A stretch of 47,919 bases of DNA from a virus (lineage: Duplodnaviria; Caudoviricetes): positions 1 to 47,919 of the IMG/VR virus record IMGVR_UViG_3300038315_001939; one strand, given 5' to 3'. Position numbers and translations under genes: made by a program. Below, piece by piece: positions 24,711 to 33,853 of the stretch. Below the pieces are notes generated by a model, which was not told the DNA's origin, ran no database searches, and saw only the letters and a list, made by a program, of their open reading frames with translations. The stretch's first letter is position 1. Each line of letters opens with the position of its first letter.

Positions 24711-26064
24711 CAAGCCGCATCTGGTGACGCCCGAACGAGCACGATTGTTGCTTGGCGCCTTGGCGCCGCGGGCGGGTTTAAACGGTTGGCTGTTCGATTC
24801 AGATGTGTCTTCGGTCGAACCAGTCAGCCTCGAAGCGCTGGCATCCGAATGGGACGGACAGCGTCCGGATCGCAAGATTTACCATGTCGACAATGGTATC
24901 GCAGTGTTGCCGGTTACCGGCACGCTGGTCAGCAAGTTGGGGGTACTCAACCCTTATTCGGGTATGACAGGCTATGACGGCCTGATCATCAAGCTGTCAG
25001 AAGCCTTGTCCGATGACGATGTCAAAGGGATAGCGCTCGATATCGAAAGCCCCGGTGGTGAAGTGCATTCGGAGCTGTTCGAGTTGGCGGATATGATCGC
25101 GTCTGCCGAAAAGCCGATTTGGGCGATTTGCTCAGACTATGCCTATTCTGCGGCGTATTGGCTTGCAAGTCAGTGTGATCACGTCTGTCTGCCATCCTGT
25201 GGCGGAGTAGGCAGCGTCGGTGCCGTTGTTCTGCACGCGGATCTGACCAAGGCTTACGAGGATATGGGTATCAAGGTCACCGTGCTGCGTGCCGGTAGCC
25301 GTAAAATGGAAATGAACCCATACGAGGCACTTCCAGAAGAGGCCGCAAAGGAAATCAAGGCAGATTTAGAGGCTTTGCGAACCGATTTCGCGACGGCGGT
25401 TGCGTCTGGTCGCGGACTTGATGTTGGCGCTGTTCTCGCGACTGAAGCGCGAACTGTTTCCGCCAAAGAGGCAGTTGAAATCGGCTTTGCGGATGAACTC
25501 CTTTCACCATCGCAGGCTTTTGCGAAGTTTGTTGACCACATTAATTCCGCCAGCGGCCCCGCCGCAGGCATCACTGCGCACAATGGAGGAACCATGAACC
25601 AGCGCATTACAGGAAAGCGGGGCAGTCAGGCCTCGCTGGCAAAAAATCAGGCCGAGGAAGATAACGAGGTCGAAGATAAAGAAGATGAGGAAGCAGAAAC
25701 CTCATCGAAAAAAGGTGCAGGCGCAAAAGACGCCGTTCCTGATGAGGAGGATTCTGCTGACGATTACGACAAAAAGTCGTCGAAATCGGCTGAAGATGAA
25801 CGCAAGCGCATTGCCGCGATCATTGGCGATGAAGAAGCTAAAGGCCGGGAACAGCTTGCGCAGCATCTTGCCTTCAACACCTCAATGGGTGTTGCGGACG
25901 CCCGCGCGGCGCTTGCTGCAGCACCGAAATCTTCTGGTGGTCTGTCTGCCTTGATGGCCGGGGCAGGTAACCCCGATATCGGTGCGGATGGTGGTGTCGA
26001 AACAGACGAAACCAAGGTCGCAAGCGCGTGGGGCGCATCCCTGCAGCGCGTTACCGGCTCTTAA
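24676..26064 (+). CDS. S49 head maturation protease (gpC-like) with C-terminal scaffold
   Basis: LDIESPGGEV, AYSAAYWLAS, VGSVG; acidic linker; AKGREQLA scaffold motif. Confidence 0.93.
   Translation: MDYQRLLTRLLNKPHLVTPERARLLLGALAPRAGLNGWLFDSDVSSVEPVSLEALASEWDGQRPDRKIYHVDNGIAVLPVTGTLVSKLGVLNPYSGMTGYDGLIIKLSEALSDDDVKGIALDIESPGGEVHSELFELADMIASAEKPIWAICSDYAYSAAYWLASQCDHVCLPSCGGVGSVGAVVLHADLTKAYEDMGIKVTVLRAGSRKMEMNPYEALPEEAAKEIKADLEALRTDFATAVASGRGLDVGAVLATEARTVSAKEAVEIGFADELLSPSQAFAKFVDHINSASGPAAGITAHNGGTMNQRITGKRGSQASLAKNQAEEDNEVEDKEDEEAETSSKKGAGAKDAVPDEEDSADDYDKKSSKSAEDERKRIAAIIGDEEAKGREQLAQHLAFNTSMGVADARAALAAAPKSSGGLSALMAGAGNPDIGADGGVETDETKVASAWGASLQRVTGS
25594..26064 (+). CDS. Nested scaffolding protein (Nu3-like internal start)
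   Basis: In-frame ATG 25594 preceded by GGAGGA. Confidence 0.65.
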   Translation: MNQRITGKRGSQASLAKNQAEEDNEVEDKEDEEAETSSKKGAGAKDAVPDEEDSADDYDKKSSKSAEDERKRIAAIIGDEEAKGREQLAQHLAFNTSMGVADARAALAAAPKSSGGLSALMAGAGNPDIGADGGVETDETKVASAWGASLQRVTGS

Positions 26065-26082
26065 ATCAAAGGGTGAAAACCA

Positions 26083-26721
26083 ATGACGTTGCATGTTGCA
26101 GGGCCGCGAGTAGCGGCCTTTATTAATTTCGAGGTCAGCCAGCAGTTTCGCGAGACGGGAATGCTGAAGGCCGGTGATGTCTATCTCCCGGGGACTGTTC
26201 TTGGGCGTCAGGCTGTGTCGGACACGATTTCTGCGGTTGCCGGTGCCAATACCGGGGATGGAACGCTTGACGGCGCGACAATAGTGGCCGGCAAGGATGT
26301 CGAGCTTGGCGGTTATGTTCTTACCGCAAAGACGGCAACAAAGTTCTCGGTCGTTACGCCCGGCGGTGATGCACTGAAGGATGCGACAGTGGGCACGGCC
26401 TACAATTCGTCTCATATCGGCGAATTTACGATTGCGGCTGGTGGTACTGCATTTGTCGAAGGTGACAGTTTTACTGTGACCGTATCGCAGGGAAACGGCG
26501 AATTCACGCCGCTTGATCCGGATGCCGACGACGGGGCACAGGTGGCGGCTGCCATCCTTTTCAACGATGTCGATGCCAAGTCTGCCGCGAAGAAAGGCGT
26601 CCTAATCACGCGCCTTGCGACGGTCAGCCAATCCCGCCTGATCTGGCCGGAAGGTATCACCGATGGTCAAAAGGCCGCGGCGATTGCTGATCTGGCTTCC
26701 AACCATCTTCTGGTGAAGTAA
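26083..26721 (+). CDS. Head decoration protein (gpD-like, with inserted domain)
   Basis: GTVLG...DG.QVAAAIL...LIWP motifs; between protease and capsid. Confidence 0.85.
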   Translation: MTLHVAGPRVAAFINFEVSQQFRETGMLKAGDVYLPGTVLGRQAVSDTISAVAGANTGDGTLDGATIVAGKDVELGGYVLTAKTATKFSVVTPGGDALKDATVGTAYNSSHIGEFTIAAGGTAFVEGDSFTVTVSQGNGEFTPLDPDADDGAQVAAAILFNDVDAKSAAKKGVLITRLATVSQSRLIWPEGITDGQKAAAIADLASNHLLVK

Positions 26722-26734
26722 GGAACCCATCACA

Positions 26735-27784
26735 ATGCCAGCTCTTGATATTTTCAGTAACAACCCGGCGTTTTCGATGATGGGCATGATGTCCCTTGTT
26801 GAAAAAGCGCCGTATGTCCCTTCTTTCTTGGGCAGTATCCCGGGTTTGTGGACACCTCGTCCCGTTCGCACGGTAACTATTCCGATTGAAGTCATCGGCA
26901 ATAAAATCAGCATCATTCAGACTTCGGAACGTGGCACTGCGGCACCGCGTGGCAACAATAATCAGAAGCGTGAAGTGATCGATGTACGAACTGTTCGCCT
27001 AGCGGATAGTGATCGCATCTACGCCGATGAAATTGCAGGCATTCGTGCTTACGGTTCGACAACCGAACTGATGCAGGTGCAGGATGAAGTAAGCCGTCGT
27101 TATGCTGGCCCAGGTGGGATGCTTTCGCGTCTTGAATTGACCCGTGAATTCCATCGCATGGGCGCGATTGATGGTCTGATTAAAGATGCCGATGGTGAAA
27201 CCATCATTGATTGGTATCAGGCATTGGGTTTGACCCGTCCCGATGTGGTCGAGTTTGACTTCTCGGCGGCTTCTGCTGATGGCGAAGGTGTTATTCGGCA
27301 GCAGGCGCGGGCACTCAAACGGCAAATTCTTGACAGTCTTGGTGATGTCGTTCTTCCGAATGTCCGGATTGTTGTTCTTTGCGGCGACCAGTTCTTCGAT
27401 AAACTCGTTGATAACCCTGAAACTCGGGACATATACAAGGCTCGTCCGGCGGCTGGTAAGCTGCTTGATGAAAATCTGGCTTATGATGCCTTTGACTATG
27501 CAGAAATTCGCTGGGTTAACTATCGCGGTTCAGAAGAAAGTGGTGTGGGTGTTCCAACGGATGAATTCCGTGCGTTCCCGGTGGCGCCAGGTATTTTCGA
27601 GGAAGGCCTGTCTCCGGGGGAATTCCTTGATACCATCAATATGCCGGGCAAGCGCCAGTATCCTCTCGTGATCCCGGACAAAAAGCGCAATATGTTTGTG
27701 GATTTGGAAATCTATTCCTATCCGCTTTACATCTGCAAACGACCGGAGGCACTCCGTCGCGGTCGGATCAAGCCTGCCGGTTAA
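26735..27784 (+). CDS. Major capsid protein (lambda gpE family)
   Basis: TREFHRMGAIDG; C-terminal SYPLYICKRPEAL. Confidence 0.92.
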   Translation: MPALDIFSNNPAFSMMGMMSLVEKAPYVPSFLGSIPGLWTPRPVRTVTIPIEVIGNKISIIQTSERGTAAPRGNNNQKREVIDVRTVRLADSDRIYADEIAGIRAYGSTTELMQVQDEVSRRYAGPGGMLSRLELTREFHRMGAIDGLIKDADGETIIDWYQALGLTRPDVVEFDFSAASADGEGVIRQQARALKRQILDSLGDVVLPNVRIVVLCGDQFFDKLVDNPETRDIYKARPAAGKLLDENLAYDAFDYAEIRWVNYRGSEESGVGVPTDEFRAFPVAPGIFEEGLSPGEFLDTINMPGKRQYPLVIPDKKRNMFVDLEIYSYPLYICKRPEALRRGRIKPAG

Positions 27785-27809
27785 TTTCCTTCCGGTTATC
27801 GGACTATTG

Positions 27810-27844
27810 AACGCTCGCCCTTTTTGGGCGGGCGTTTTTCTTTT
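27810..27844 (+). terminator. Intrinsic terminator after the capsid gene
   Basis: AACGCTCGCCC-TTTTT-GGGCGGGCGTT plus T-run. Confidence 0.8.
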
Positions 27845-27855
27845 GGTGATTTCTC

Positions 27856-28179
27856 ATGATTGATTTTGATGCGCTTTTAAATGTGCCAGTGGCTGGCGCT
27901 TTCGGTCAGAAAGTAACCATCCGGCATAAAGCCGGGGCAATCTCTACAGTCGAAAAATTCGATTTCCGGCAGGGTGCGGCGCCAGAAGATGGGGGCGGCG
28001 AGGCCGAGTTTCAGGCTTTCGAGTTTACTGGTGGGTTTCGCAAGGAAGAGGCGCCCCAGACAAAGCATGGCGATTTTGTTGACGTCGCCGGGGCGACCTA
28101 CACGGTTGCGGCGATTGATCCCGATGATACGGGGTGGATCACGGTTGGCCTGATGGCGGGCGAGGTGCGCAATGTCTGA
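27856..28179 (+). CDS. Head-tail joining protein (gpFII-like)
   Basis: Size, synteny and C-terminal YTV..IDPDDTGW. Confidence 0.7.
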   Translation: MIDFDALLNVPVAGAFGQKVTIRHKAGAISTVEKFDFRQGAAPEDGGGEAEFQAFEFTGGFRKEEAPQTKHGDFVDVAGATYTVAAIDPDDTGWITVGLMAGEVRNV

Positions 28180-28663
28180 ATACTTATCGCGATGGGCATT
28201 GATGCAGGCCGTCAAGGATCGGTTGGAAGTCAAGCCGGATCGGCCTGAGATCGTTATTGGTCGGATCAGCGAAATTTCTGCTGAAGGCTTGCCCGCAATT
28301 TCGATCTATGCGCCGGTCGACAGCATGGAACCGACGGGGTCGTTCTGGAACTTCAATGCATCGGTCAATCTGAACATTGAATTGCATTGTCAGGTTGCCG
28401 AGGACTGGTGTGCTGCAGCCGAACAAGAGACCCAATCCATCATTACCACCCTGTTTGCCGACGGTTCGTTCCGCAAGCTTTGGAAGAGGCCGCCGTCAAT
28501 ATCCATCAAACAATTCATGAGTGAAAAAGGCGGGCCGCTGGTCGGCGAAATTATCACCATGTCGGGCGAATTACTGCGCCCGCGTGTGATTTCAATCGAT
28601 GCTGGTGAATTGCAGGGCATCGATATCGAGCAAGGAGCGATCGATAATGAAAGTGCAGGTTAA
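28172..28663 (+). CDS. Tail terminator / completion protein
   Basis: LPAISIY motif; synteny before the sheath. Confidence 0.6.
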   Translation: MSEYLSRWALMQAVKDRLEVKPDRPEIVIGRISEISAEGLPAISIYAPVDSMEPTGSFWNFNASVNLNIELHCQVAEDWCAAAEQETQSIITTLFADGSFRKLWKRPPSISIKQFMSEKGGPLVGEIITMSGELLRPRVISIDAGELQGIDIEQGAIDNESAG

Positions 28664-28874
28664 TCCGGCCAGCGAGGTCAATGGCCAGCCGTTGCGGGTG
28701 ATGAACCCGGAAACCGGGAAGTATTTCCCTAACGGTCCGTTCGAATTGACCGATCGGCAACTTCGCAATCCCAAAATCCTCCGTTTGCTGCCGCCTCTTT
28801 CTTTGGGTGGTATTGCGGGTGGGCTTTTCGGTGATCTGGTCCCTGTTGCCGCCAAGGCCGAGAAAAAAGGGTAA
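28647..28874 (+). CDS. Small tail-associated protein (DUF2635-like)
   Basis: AAGGAG RBS; LRVMNPETGKYFP...GDLV; directly before a Mu-like sheath. Confidence 0.6.
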   Translation: MKVQVNPASEVNGQPLRVMNPETGKYFPNGPFELTDRQLRNPKILRLLPPLSLGGIAGGLFGDLVPVAAKAEKKG

Positions 28875-28877
28875 GCT

Positions 28878-30386
28878 ATGACTATTCCAAATGAAGCCTT
28901 TGACGAAATCGCCATTAACGCGCGGGTCGCAGGTAAATACATTGAAACCAGCGGTTCGCGAGTGAATGGGTTGGTTTCAAGCCATGTTGCCTTGTTGATC
29001 GGTCAGAGTTTGGTTGGTGGTACCGCAAATGACGCCGAGCTGTTGCTCGTGCCAGGCACTGGCGCCGCTGCTGGCGAGATGTTCGGCAAGGGGTCGAACC
29101 TGGCATTGATGGTCGAGGCGTATCGCCAGAACAATACGACCATGACGCTTTATGCCATTGCACTTCCTGATCTGGTTGCGGGTGTGAAAGCGTCTGTTGC
29201 GATGACATTCACCGGCGCCGCAACCGAAAGCCGTGCTTTGGCTGTCTATGTTGCGGGTGTGCGGGTGTTTGTGCCGGTGGTTATCGATGATACGCCCGCT
29301 GATGTAGCAGCGTCCGTGGCTGCTGCGATTACTGCTTTGCCGAATCTGCCGGTTACGGCGACGGCGGCGGCTGGTGTTGTAACTTTCGAAGCAAAAAATG
29401 CGGGTGAAATAGGAAACGATATTCGCATTCAGGTGGCATTGCGCGGCGTCATGTCCGGTGAAAAGGTTCCTGCAGGTATTTCCATTGCGGTGCCAAACTC
29501 CGGGTTTTTGCAAAACGGTTCGGGAAATCCGGATATTGCTGGCGCACTCGCGGCGATCGGTTCTCAGAAAGTTAACTATGTTGGCTTCCCTTGGACCGAT
29601 GGCGGCACTCTAGATGCCATTTCAGAGTGGCTTGAGGGGCAGCAAAAAGCAGGCGTCGAAAATGATGTTAAAGGCTTCACGGCGCGTCGCGGCACGGTTA
29701 GTGAGCTGTTGACTTTTGGAACGTCGCGCAATGACCGCTTTGTCTCCACCATCGGCACCTATGATGCACCGGGGCCTGCGTGGATGCGCGCCGCCCGTTA
29801 TGCTGGCCAGATGTCCGGTAAACTGTTCAATCACTCAGCTCGTCCGCTTGCCGGTGTCGAACTGGTCGGCGAAATGGCGCCGCCGGAAAAAAGCCGGTTG
29901 GAATACACCGACAAAAACACCCTGATGTTTGCAGGGATCACGGTCACTGATGAAGGTCGCGATGGCAAGGTACGTTTGAATATGCCGATCACGATGTATC
30001 AGACCAATGAGTTTGGTGACCTTTCCGAAGCGTATTTGCTGGTCAACACGGTTGCGCAGCTTGGGCGGATTCGGGATGAGCTTGCTAGCGTTCTTGATGG
30101 TATTCGGATGCTGCGCCCGATTCTTGTCGATGACGGTACGCCAGTGGATGACGGCATTCCTTATGTGACGCCGCGCTCCGTTCGGGCCTCTCTGATTGCC
30201 CATTACGATTATATGGTTGGTCTGGGGCTGGTCGAGGATGTTGATGGATTTGCCGAGCGGTTGGAAGTGTCCAAATCGCCGACCAACTCCTATCGGCTCA
30301 ACATGATCTATCGCCCGGACCTTTCGAACCCGCTTTACCTTTTGGCTGCCAAGATCGAGTTCGAACTCGATTTTCGCGATTTCTGA
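28878..30386 (+). CDS. Tail sheath protein (Mu gpL-like)
   Basis: FGKGSNLALM, AKNAGEIGNDI, ITMYQTN; 502 aa. Confidence 0.92.
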   Translation: MTIPNEAFDEIAINARVAGKYIETSGSRVNGLVSSHVALLIGQSLVGGTANDAELLLVPGTGAAAGEMFGKGSNLALMVEAYRQNNTTMTLYAIALPDLVAGVKASVAMTFTGAATESRALAVYVAGVRVFVPVVIDDTPADVAASVAAAITALPNLPVTATAAAGVVTFEAKNAGEIGNDIRIQVALRGVMSGEKVPAGISIAVPNSGFLQNGSGNPDIAGALAAIGSQKVNYVGFPWTDGGTLDAISEWLEGQQKAGVENDVKGFTARRGTVSELLTFGTSRNDRFVSTIGTYDAPGPAWMRAARYAGQMSGKLFNHSARPLAGVELVGEMAPPEKSRLEYTDKNTLMFAGITVTDEGRDGKVRLNMPITMYQTNEFGDLSEAYLLVNTVAQLGRIRDELASVLDGIRMLRPILVDDGTPVDDGIPYVTPRSVRASLIAHYDYMVGLGLVEDVDGFAERLEVSKSPTNSYRLNMIYRPDLSNPLYLLAAKIEFELDFRDF

Positions 30387-30401
30387 TCGGGGGATTGATC
30401 A

Positions 30402-30761
30402 ATGACGACAGTTGCAGGGGTCCAGTCCCTTGACGTTGGCGGTGTTTCATATAACACCGCCGATACTGCCACCTATAATCTGGGCGGCAAGCAACGCGAA
30501 AATATCGAAGGCGGCGGCTCCGGCTCGGTCGGCTGGACCGAAAAGGGACGTGCCGCCTTTATCGAGGTGAAGGTTTTCCTTGGTAAAGGTCAATCTGACA
30601 AGGACCTTACATCGGTCGAGAAAAGTGAAATCAAGCTGAATTGCGCCGACCGCACAGTTGTTATGAAGTTCGGTACCGAAATGGGGTCCGGTGACAATGA
30701 TGCGTCGGACAACAGTCTAACGGTTCGTTTTGTCGGCCCAAGTGCAAGGGTGGTTTCGTGA
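30402..30761 (+). CDS. Tail tube protein (Mu gpM-like)
   Basis: 119 aa after the sheath; AG...V.G and GWTE motifs. Confidence 0.82.
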   Translation: MTTVAGVQSLDVGGVSYNTADTATYNLGGKQRENIEGGGSGSVGWTEKGRAAFIEVKVFLGKGQSDKDLTSVEKSEIKLNCADRTVVMKFGTEMGSGDNDASDNSLTVRFVGPSARVVS

Positions 30762-31138
30762 TGTTTGATGGTGATTTCAAACCAGAAGATATCGACCTTG
30801 ATGGTTATGTCGAAGATGGGAAATTCGGTCGCAAAATCCTGCGGCTTGAGTACCCGGTCGCTGTTAAAGTCGAGGATAGTAGCGGAAAGCGCGAGGAAAC
30901 CATCGAGCATATCGAGTTCCGTCGTCCCGTGGGACGTGACCTTGATTTTCTTGAAAAGCTTGATGGTGATAAATCCGTGATGGCTGGTTCTCGCAAATTC
31001 ATTGCCAGGTTGGTCTTTGGTGATGAACGGGTCACCGAAAAAGCCTTCGAGCAAATGGATGCCGATGACTATTTCCGTTCGATGGCGGTATGTTTCGGTT
31101 TTTTCCTAAAGCCTTCCCGGACGACTTCCGATCAGTGA
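30758..31138 (+). CDS. Tail assembly chaperone
   Basis: LEYPV...IEFRRPVGRD...MDADDY; slippery site near the 3' end. Confidence 0.85.
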   Translation: MMFDGDFKPEDIDLDGYVEDGKFGRKILRLEYPVAVKVEDSSGKREETIEHIEFRRPVGRDLDFLEKLDGDKSVMAGSRKFIARLVFGDERVTEKAFEQMDADDYFRSMAVCFGFFLKPSRTTSDQ

Positions 31139-31281
31139 TCAAGCTGTTTGTCGCGCGTTTCGGCTGGAAGCCAGCCGAAATTCGCGACATGCCGCTTGAT
31201 GACATTCTCCTTTGTATCGATGCCTATAACGAGGACGCACAGCGACAGCTTGACGCGTTAAACGGTGTGACTGATGGCTAA
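31099..31281 (+). CDS. -1 frameshift extension of the tail chaperone (gpE'/gpT-like)
   Basis: T TTT TTC heptamer at 31099-31105; the -1 frame encodes FGWKPAEIRDMPLDD. Confidence 0.8.
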   Translation, partial: FFPKAFPDDFRSVIKLFVARFGWKPAEIRDMPLDDILLCIDAYNEDAQRQLDALNGVTDG

Positions 31282-32986
31282 GAATTTCGTCGTTAGCATG
31301 ATCCTGAATGCGCGCGAAACGGTCTCAGGACCGATGCGCCGGGTTCAATCCATGCTGACCGGCATTCGTGCCCGGGCTTCTGCGGTGACGCGAAGCCTTG
31401 GCTTCCACAAGATCACCGATGGTTTCCGACGCCTTGGTAGTTCGTTCGCTGGTCTGGGGCGTCATATCTCGGGCGTGGGTGTCGGGCTTCTGGGGTTGGC
31501 CGGGATAGGGTTTGGCGGCGGGGTTTTGGCGTGGTTGCATAGTGGGGCGGGCGAGGCCGATGTGCTTGCCAAGTTTGGCCGTACCGTAGGTCTATCTGCG
31601 GAGCGGCTTCAACAGTGGCAGCATGCGGCAAACCAAGCTGCTGGAATGACAAATGAAGAGCTTCGCAAGAGTTTTCGCGATCTGAGTAAAAACGTCGGTG
31701 ATGCAGCCAACGGTATTGGTCGTGCAAGGCCGATATTTGAGGCGCTGGGTATTCCTCTGCGAGACAGTAGTGGAGAGATGCGGACGCTGAACGAGATTCT
31801 GCCGGAGTTGCAAGCCGCATTTCAAAAGATTGAAGACCCGTCATTAAAAACATCCGCAGCAATGAAGCTGTTCGGTGAAAGCGGGTCCAAAATGTCGCTG
31901 CTTTTACAGCAGCCGCAAGAGGAAATGGACCGGCTGTTTGGCGATATGGAACGCCTCGGTATGATCAGCAATGAAGCCGCTGGCGATACCGAGGCCTATA
32001 ACGATGCGCTGGACAGTTGGGGTAAGTCATTTACCGGTATTCGTAACGGTTTGATGGCCTACTTCATGCCGATGATGACGCCGCTGATCAAGAAAATGAC
32101 CGAGTTCATGGTGTCTATGCGACCCGAAGTGGTGGAGCGCCTTGGTTCCGCGATTTCGGGCGCTGCGAATACCATGATGGGGTTGTTCACGGTTGCGCAG
32201 GATGGCACAACCCCAGCCGGGCAGGCCCTTAAATCGTTTATGTCGACGATCGAAAACCTTATTTCCTATGGCGGCAAGATCATTGATTTCCTCGGCGGTT
32301 GGCAAAACGCTGCGTTGGCGCTGGGGGGCATTCTTGCGGGGCCGTTTATTGCGTCGCTGTTGTCTGTCGGTACGGCGTTTGCTCAGTTGGGTTGGGTGCT
32401 GGCGTCAAACCCGATCGTTCTGGCGGCGGGGCTTATCGCCGGGGCAGTCTATACGATCTATGACAATTGGGATGGGATCGTCGGTTATTTCACGGGCAAG
32501 ATTGATGCTGTCAGGTCGGCATTCAAAACCGGGTTCATCGACGGTGTGATGGCCTATATGGCTGAATTTAACCCGTTCGCGATCCTGTATGACGGCTTTA
32601 CCGGGCTGGTCAAGTATCTGACCGACTTCGACCTTGCGGCCATCATCTCGGAAAAGGTGCAGGCAATGATGTCTGTACTGCCTGATTGGGTGGTTGAAAA
32701 GCTTGGGGTGGGCAAGGCCGAACCGCTGCAATCTGCACCAACGCCAGTGCAGTCCGCCGATCCGCCCGCCGTATCCATGGAACAGTCGGCGCGACAGGTG
32801 GAGCAAGCCAAGGCGCAGGCCTATCAGGGAGCGAGGGCGCCCGATCCGGTCGAGGGCAAGATCGTCGTCGAAATCGTGGGCGATGGTGCTGCCAATGCCC
32901 GCGTTCGGCAGTCAAAGTCGACTGGTATTGGCCTTGAAACCAGCCTGCGGACGGGGCCAAGTCTTGCGGGCATGGGGGCAGGTTAG
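31274..32986 (+). CDS. Tape measure protein
   Basis: Ala/Gly-rich helical, hydrophobic segment, IYDNWDGI; follows the chaperones. Confidence 0.9.
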   Translation: MAKNFVVSMILNARETVSGPMRRVQSMLTGIRARASAVTRSLGFHKITDGFRRLGSSFAGLGRHISGVGVGLLGLAGIGFGGGVLAWLHSGAGEADVLAKFGRTVGLSAERLQQWQHAANQAAGMTNEELRKSFRDLSKNVGDAANGIGRARPIFEALGIPLRDSSGEMRTLNEILPELQAAFQKIEDPSLKTSAAMKLFGESGSKMSLLLQQPQEEMDRLFGDMERLGMISNEAAGDTEAYNDALDSWGKSFTGIRNGLMAYFMPMMTPLIKKMTEFMVSMRPEVVERLGSAISGAANTMMGLFTVAQDGTTPAGQALKSFMSTIENLISYGGKIIDFLGGWQNAALALGGILAGPFIASLLSVGTAFAQLGWVLASNPIVLAAGLIAGAVYTIYDNWDGIVGYFTGKIDAVRSAFKTGFIDGVMAYMAEFNPFAILYDGFTGLVKYLTDFDLAAIISEKVQAMMSVLPDWVVEKLGVGKAEPLQSAPTPVQSADPPAVSMEQSARQVEQAKAQAYQGARAPDPVEGKIVVEIVGDGAANARVRQSKSTGIGLETSLRTGPSLAGMGAG

Positions 32987-32997
32987 GGTGGTGTGGT

Positions 32998-33849
32998 ATG
33001 TTGTCAATGACGTATGGCGACAATATCGACGATGTTGTCGCCAATTTGACCCAGCTTGAAAAGGTTCAAGTTCCGTTCGCGCTGTCGAAGGCTGTTAACC
33101 GGGTGACGTTTGAGGCGCGCGATGTTGTGCTGTCGCAAATGGACCGCCGGTTCACGATCCGCGAAAAGTCGTTAAAGGCGTCGGGTGGTGGTCGCCGTGC
33201 ATTGTTCGTGAATGCCAGCAACAAAAAGCAGGCTGTTATACAGGCTGAAATTGGGACACCGTTCTGGTTTATGGAAGATCAGGAATTTGGCGGGTCCCGT
33301 CGTGGGAAGTCTGGCGATGGTGCGTGGATGCCCGGGCTGGGTGCCCGTGCGCGCAAATCCAAAGAGGGCAAGGTTACATCCCGATACAGAAAAGCGAAGG
33401 TTCGCAAGATTCTGGCGTCGACTGGTGCCTACCCGAAAGGTCGTCGTTCAAAGAAAAACTCGAAAGCGTTCGCAAAGCAGCAGCCGTTCATAGCAACCAT
33501 GAAAAGCGGCAAGCGTGGGGTGTTTATCCGCCAGAAACGTAACAGCCGCCAACCGCTTTCCCTGCTTTGGACGATATCCGATTCCGTTCGGATCGCCCCG
33601 CGATGGCATTTTCGGGACATGATCGAGGGTATGAGTGAAAAGCGCCTGCGGGCGTACTTCATTGCGGACCTGCAGGAAGCATTGCGTACGTCCCGAAAGG
33701 GGCCAAAGCAAAGCCAGTATCTTGAGCATCTGATCCGAAGCGAAAAGACGCCGCCAATGCCAAGTTTCGCGGGGCTTGGTGCGGGGTCGCTTTCGGGAAA
33801 TACGCTTGATCAGTTAAGCCAGGTATCGCGCGGTTTACCGGGGATTTGA
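32998..33849 (+). CDS. Basic virion morphogenesis protein (gpZ-like)
   Basis: QVPFALSKAVNR N-terminus; very Lys/Arg-rich. Confidence 0.6.
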   Translation: MLSMTYGDNIDDVVANLTQLEKVQVPFALSKAVNRVTFEARDVVLSQMDRRFTIREKSLKASGGGRRALFVNASNKKQAVIQAEIGTPFWFMEDQEFGGSRRGKSGDGAWMPGLGARARKSKEGKVTSRYRKAKVRKILASTGAYPKGRRSKKNSKAFAKQQPFIATMKSGKRGVFIRQKRNSRQPLSLLWTISDSVRIAPRWHFRDMIEGMSEKRLRAYFIADLQEALRTSRKGPKQSQYLEHLIRSEKTPPMPSFAGLGAGSLSGNTLDQLSQVSRGLPGI

Positions 33850-33853
33850 AGTT

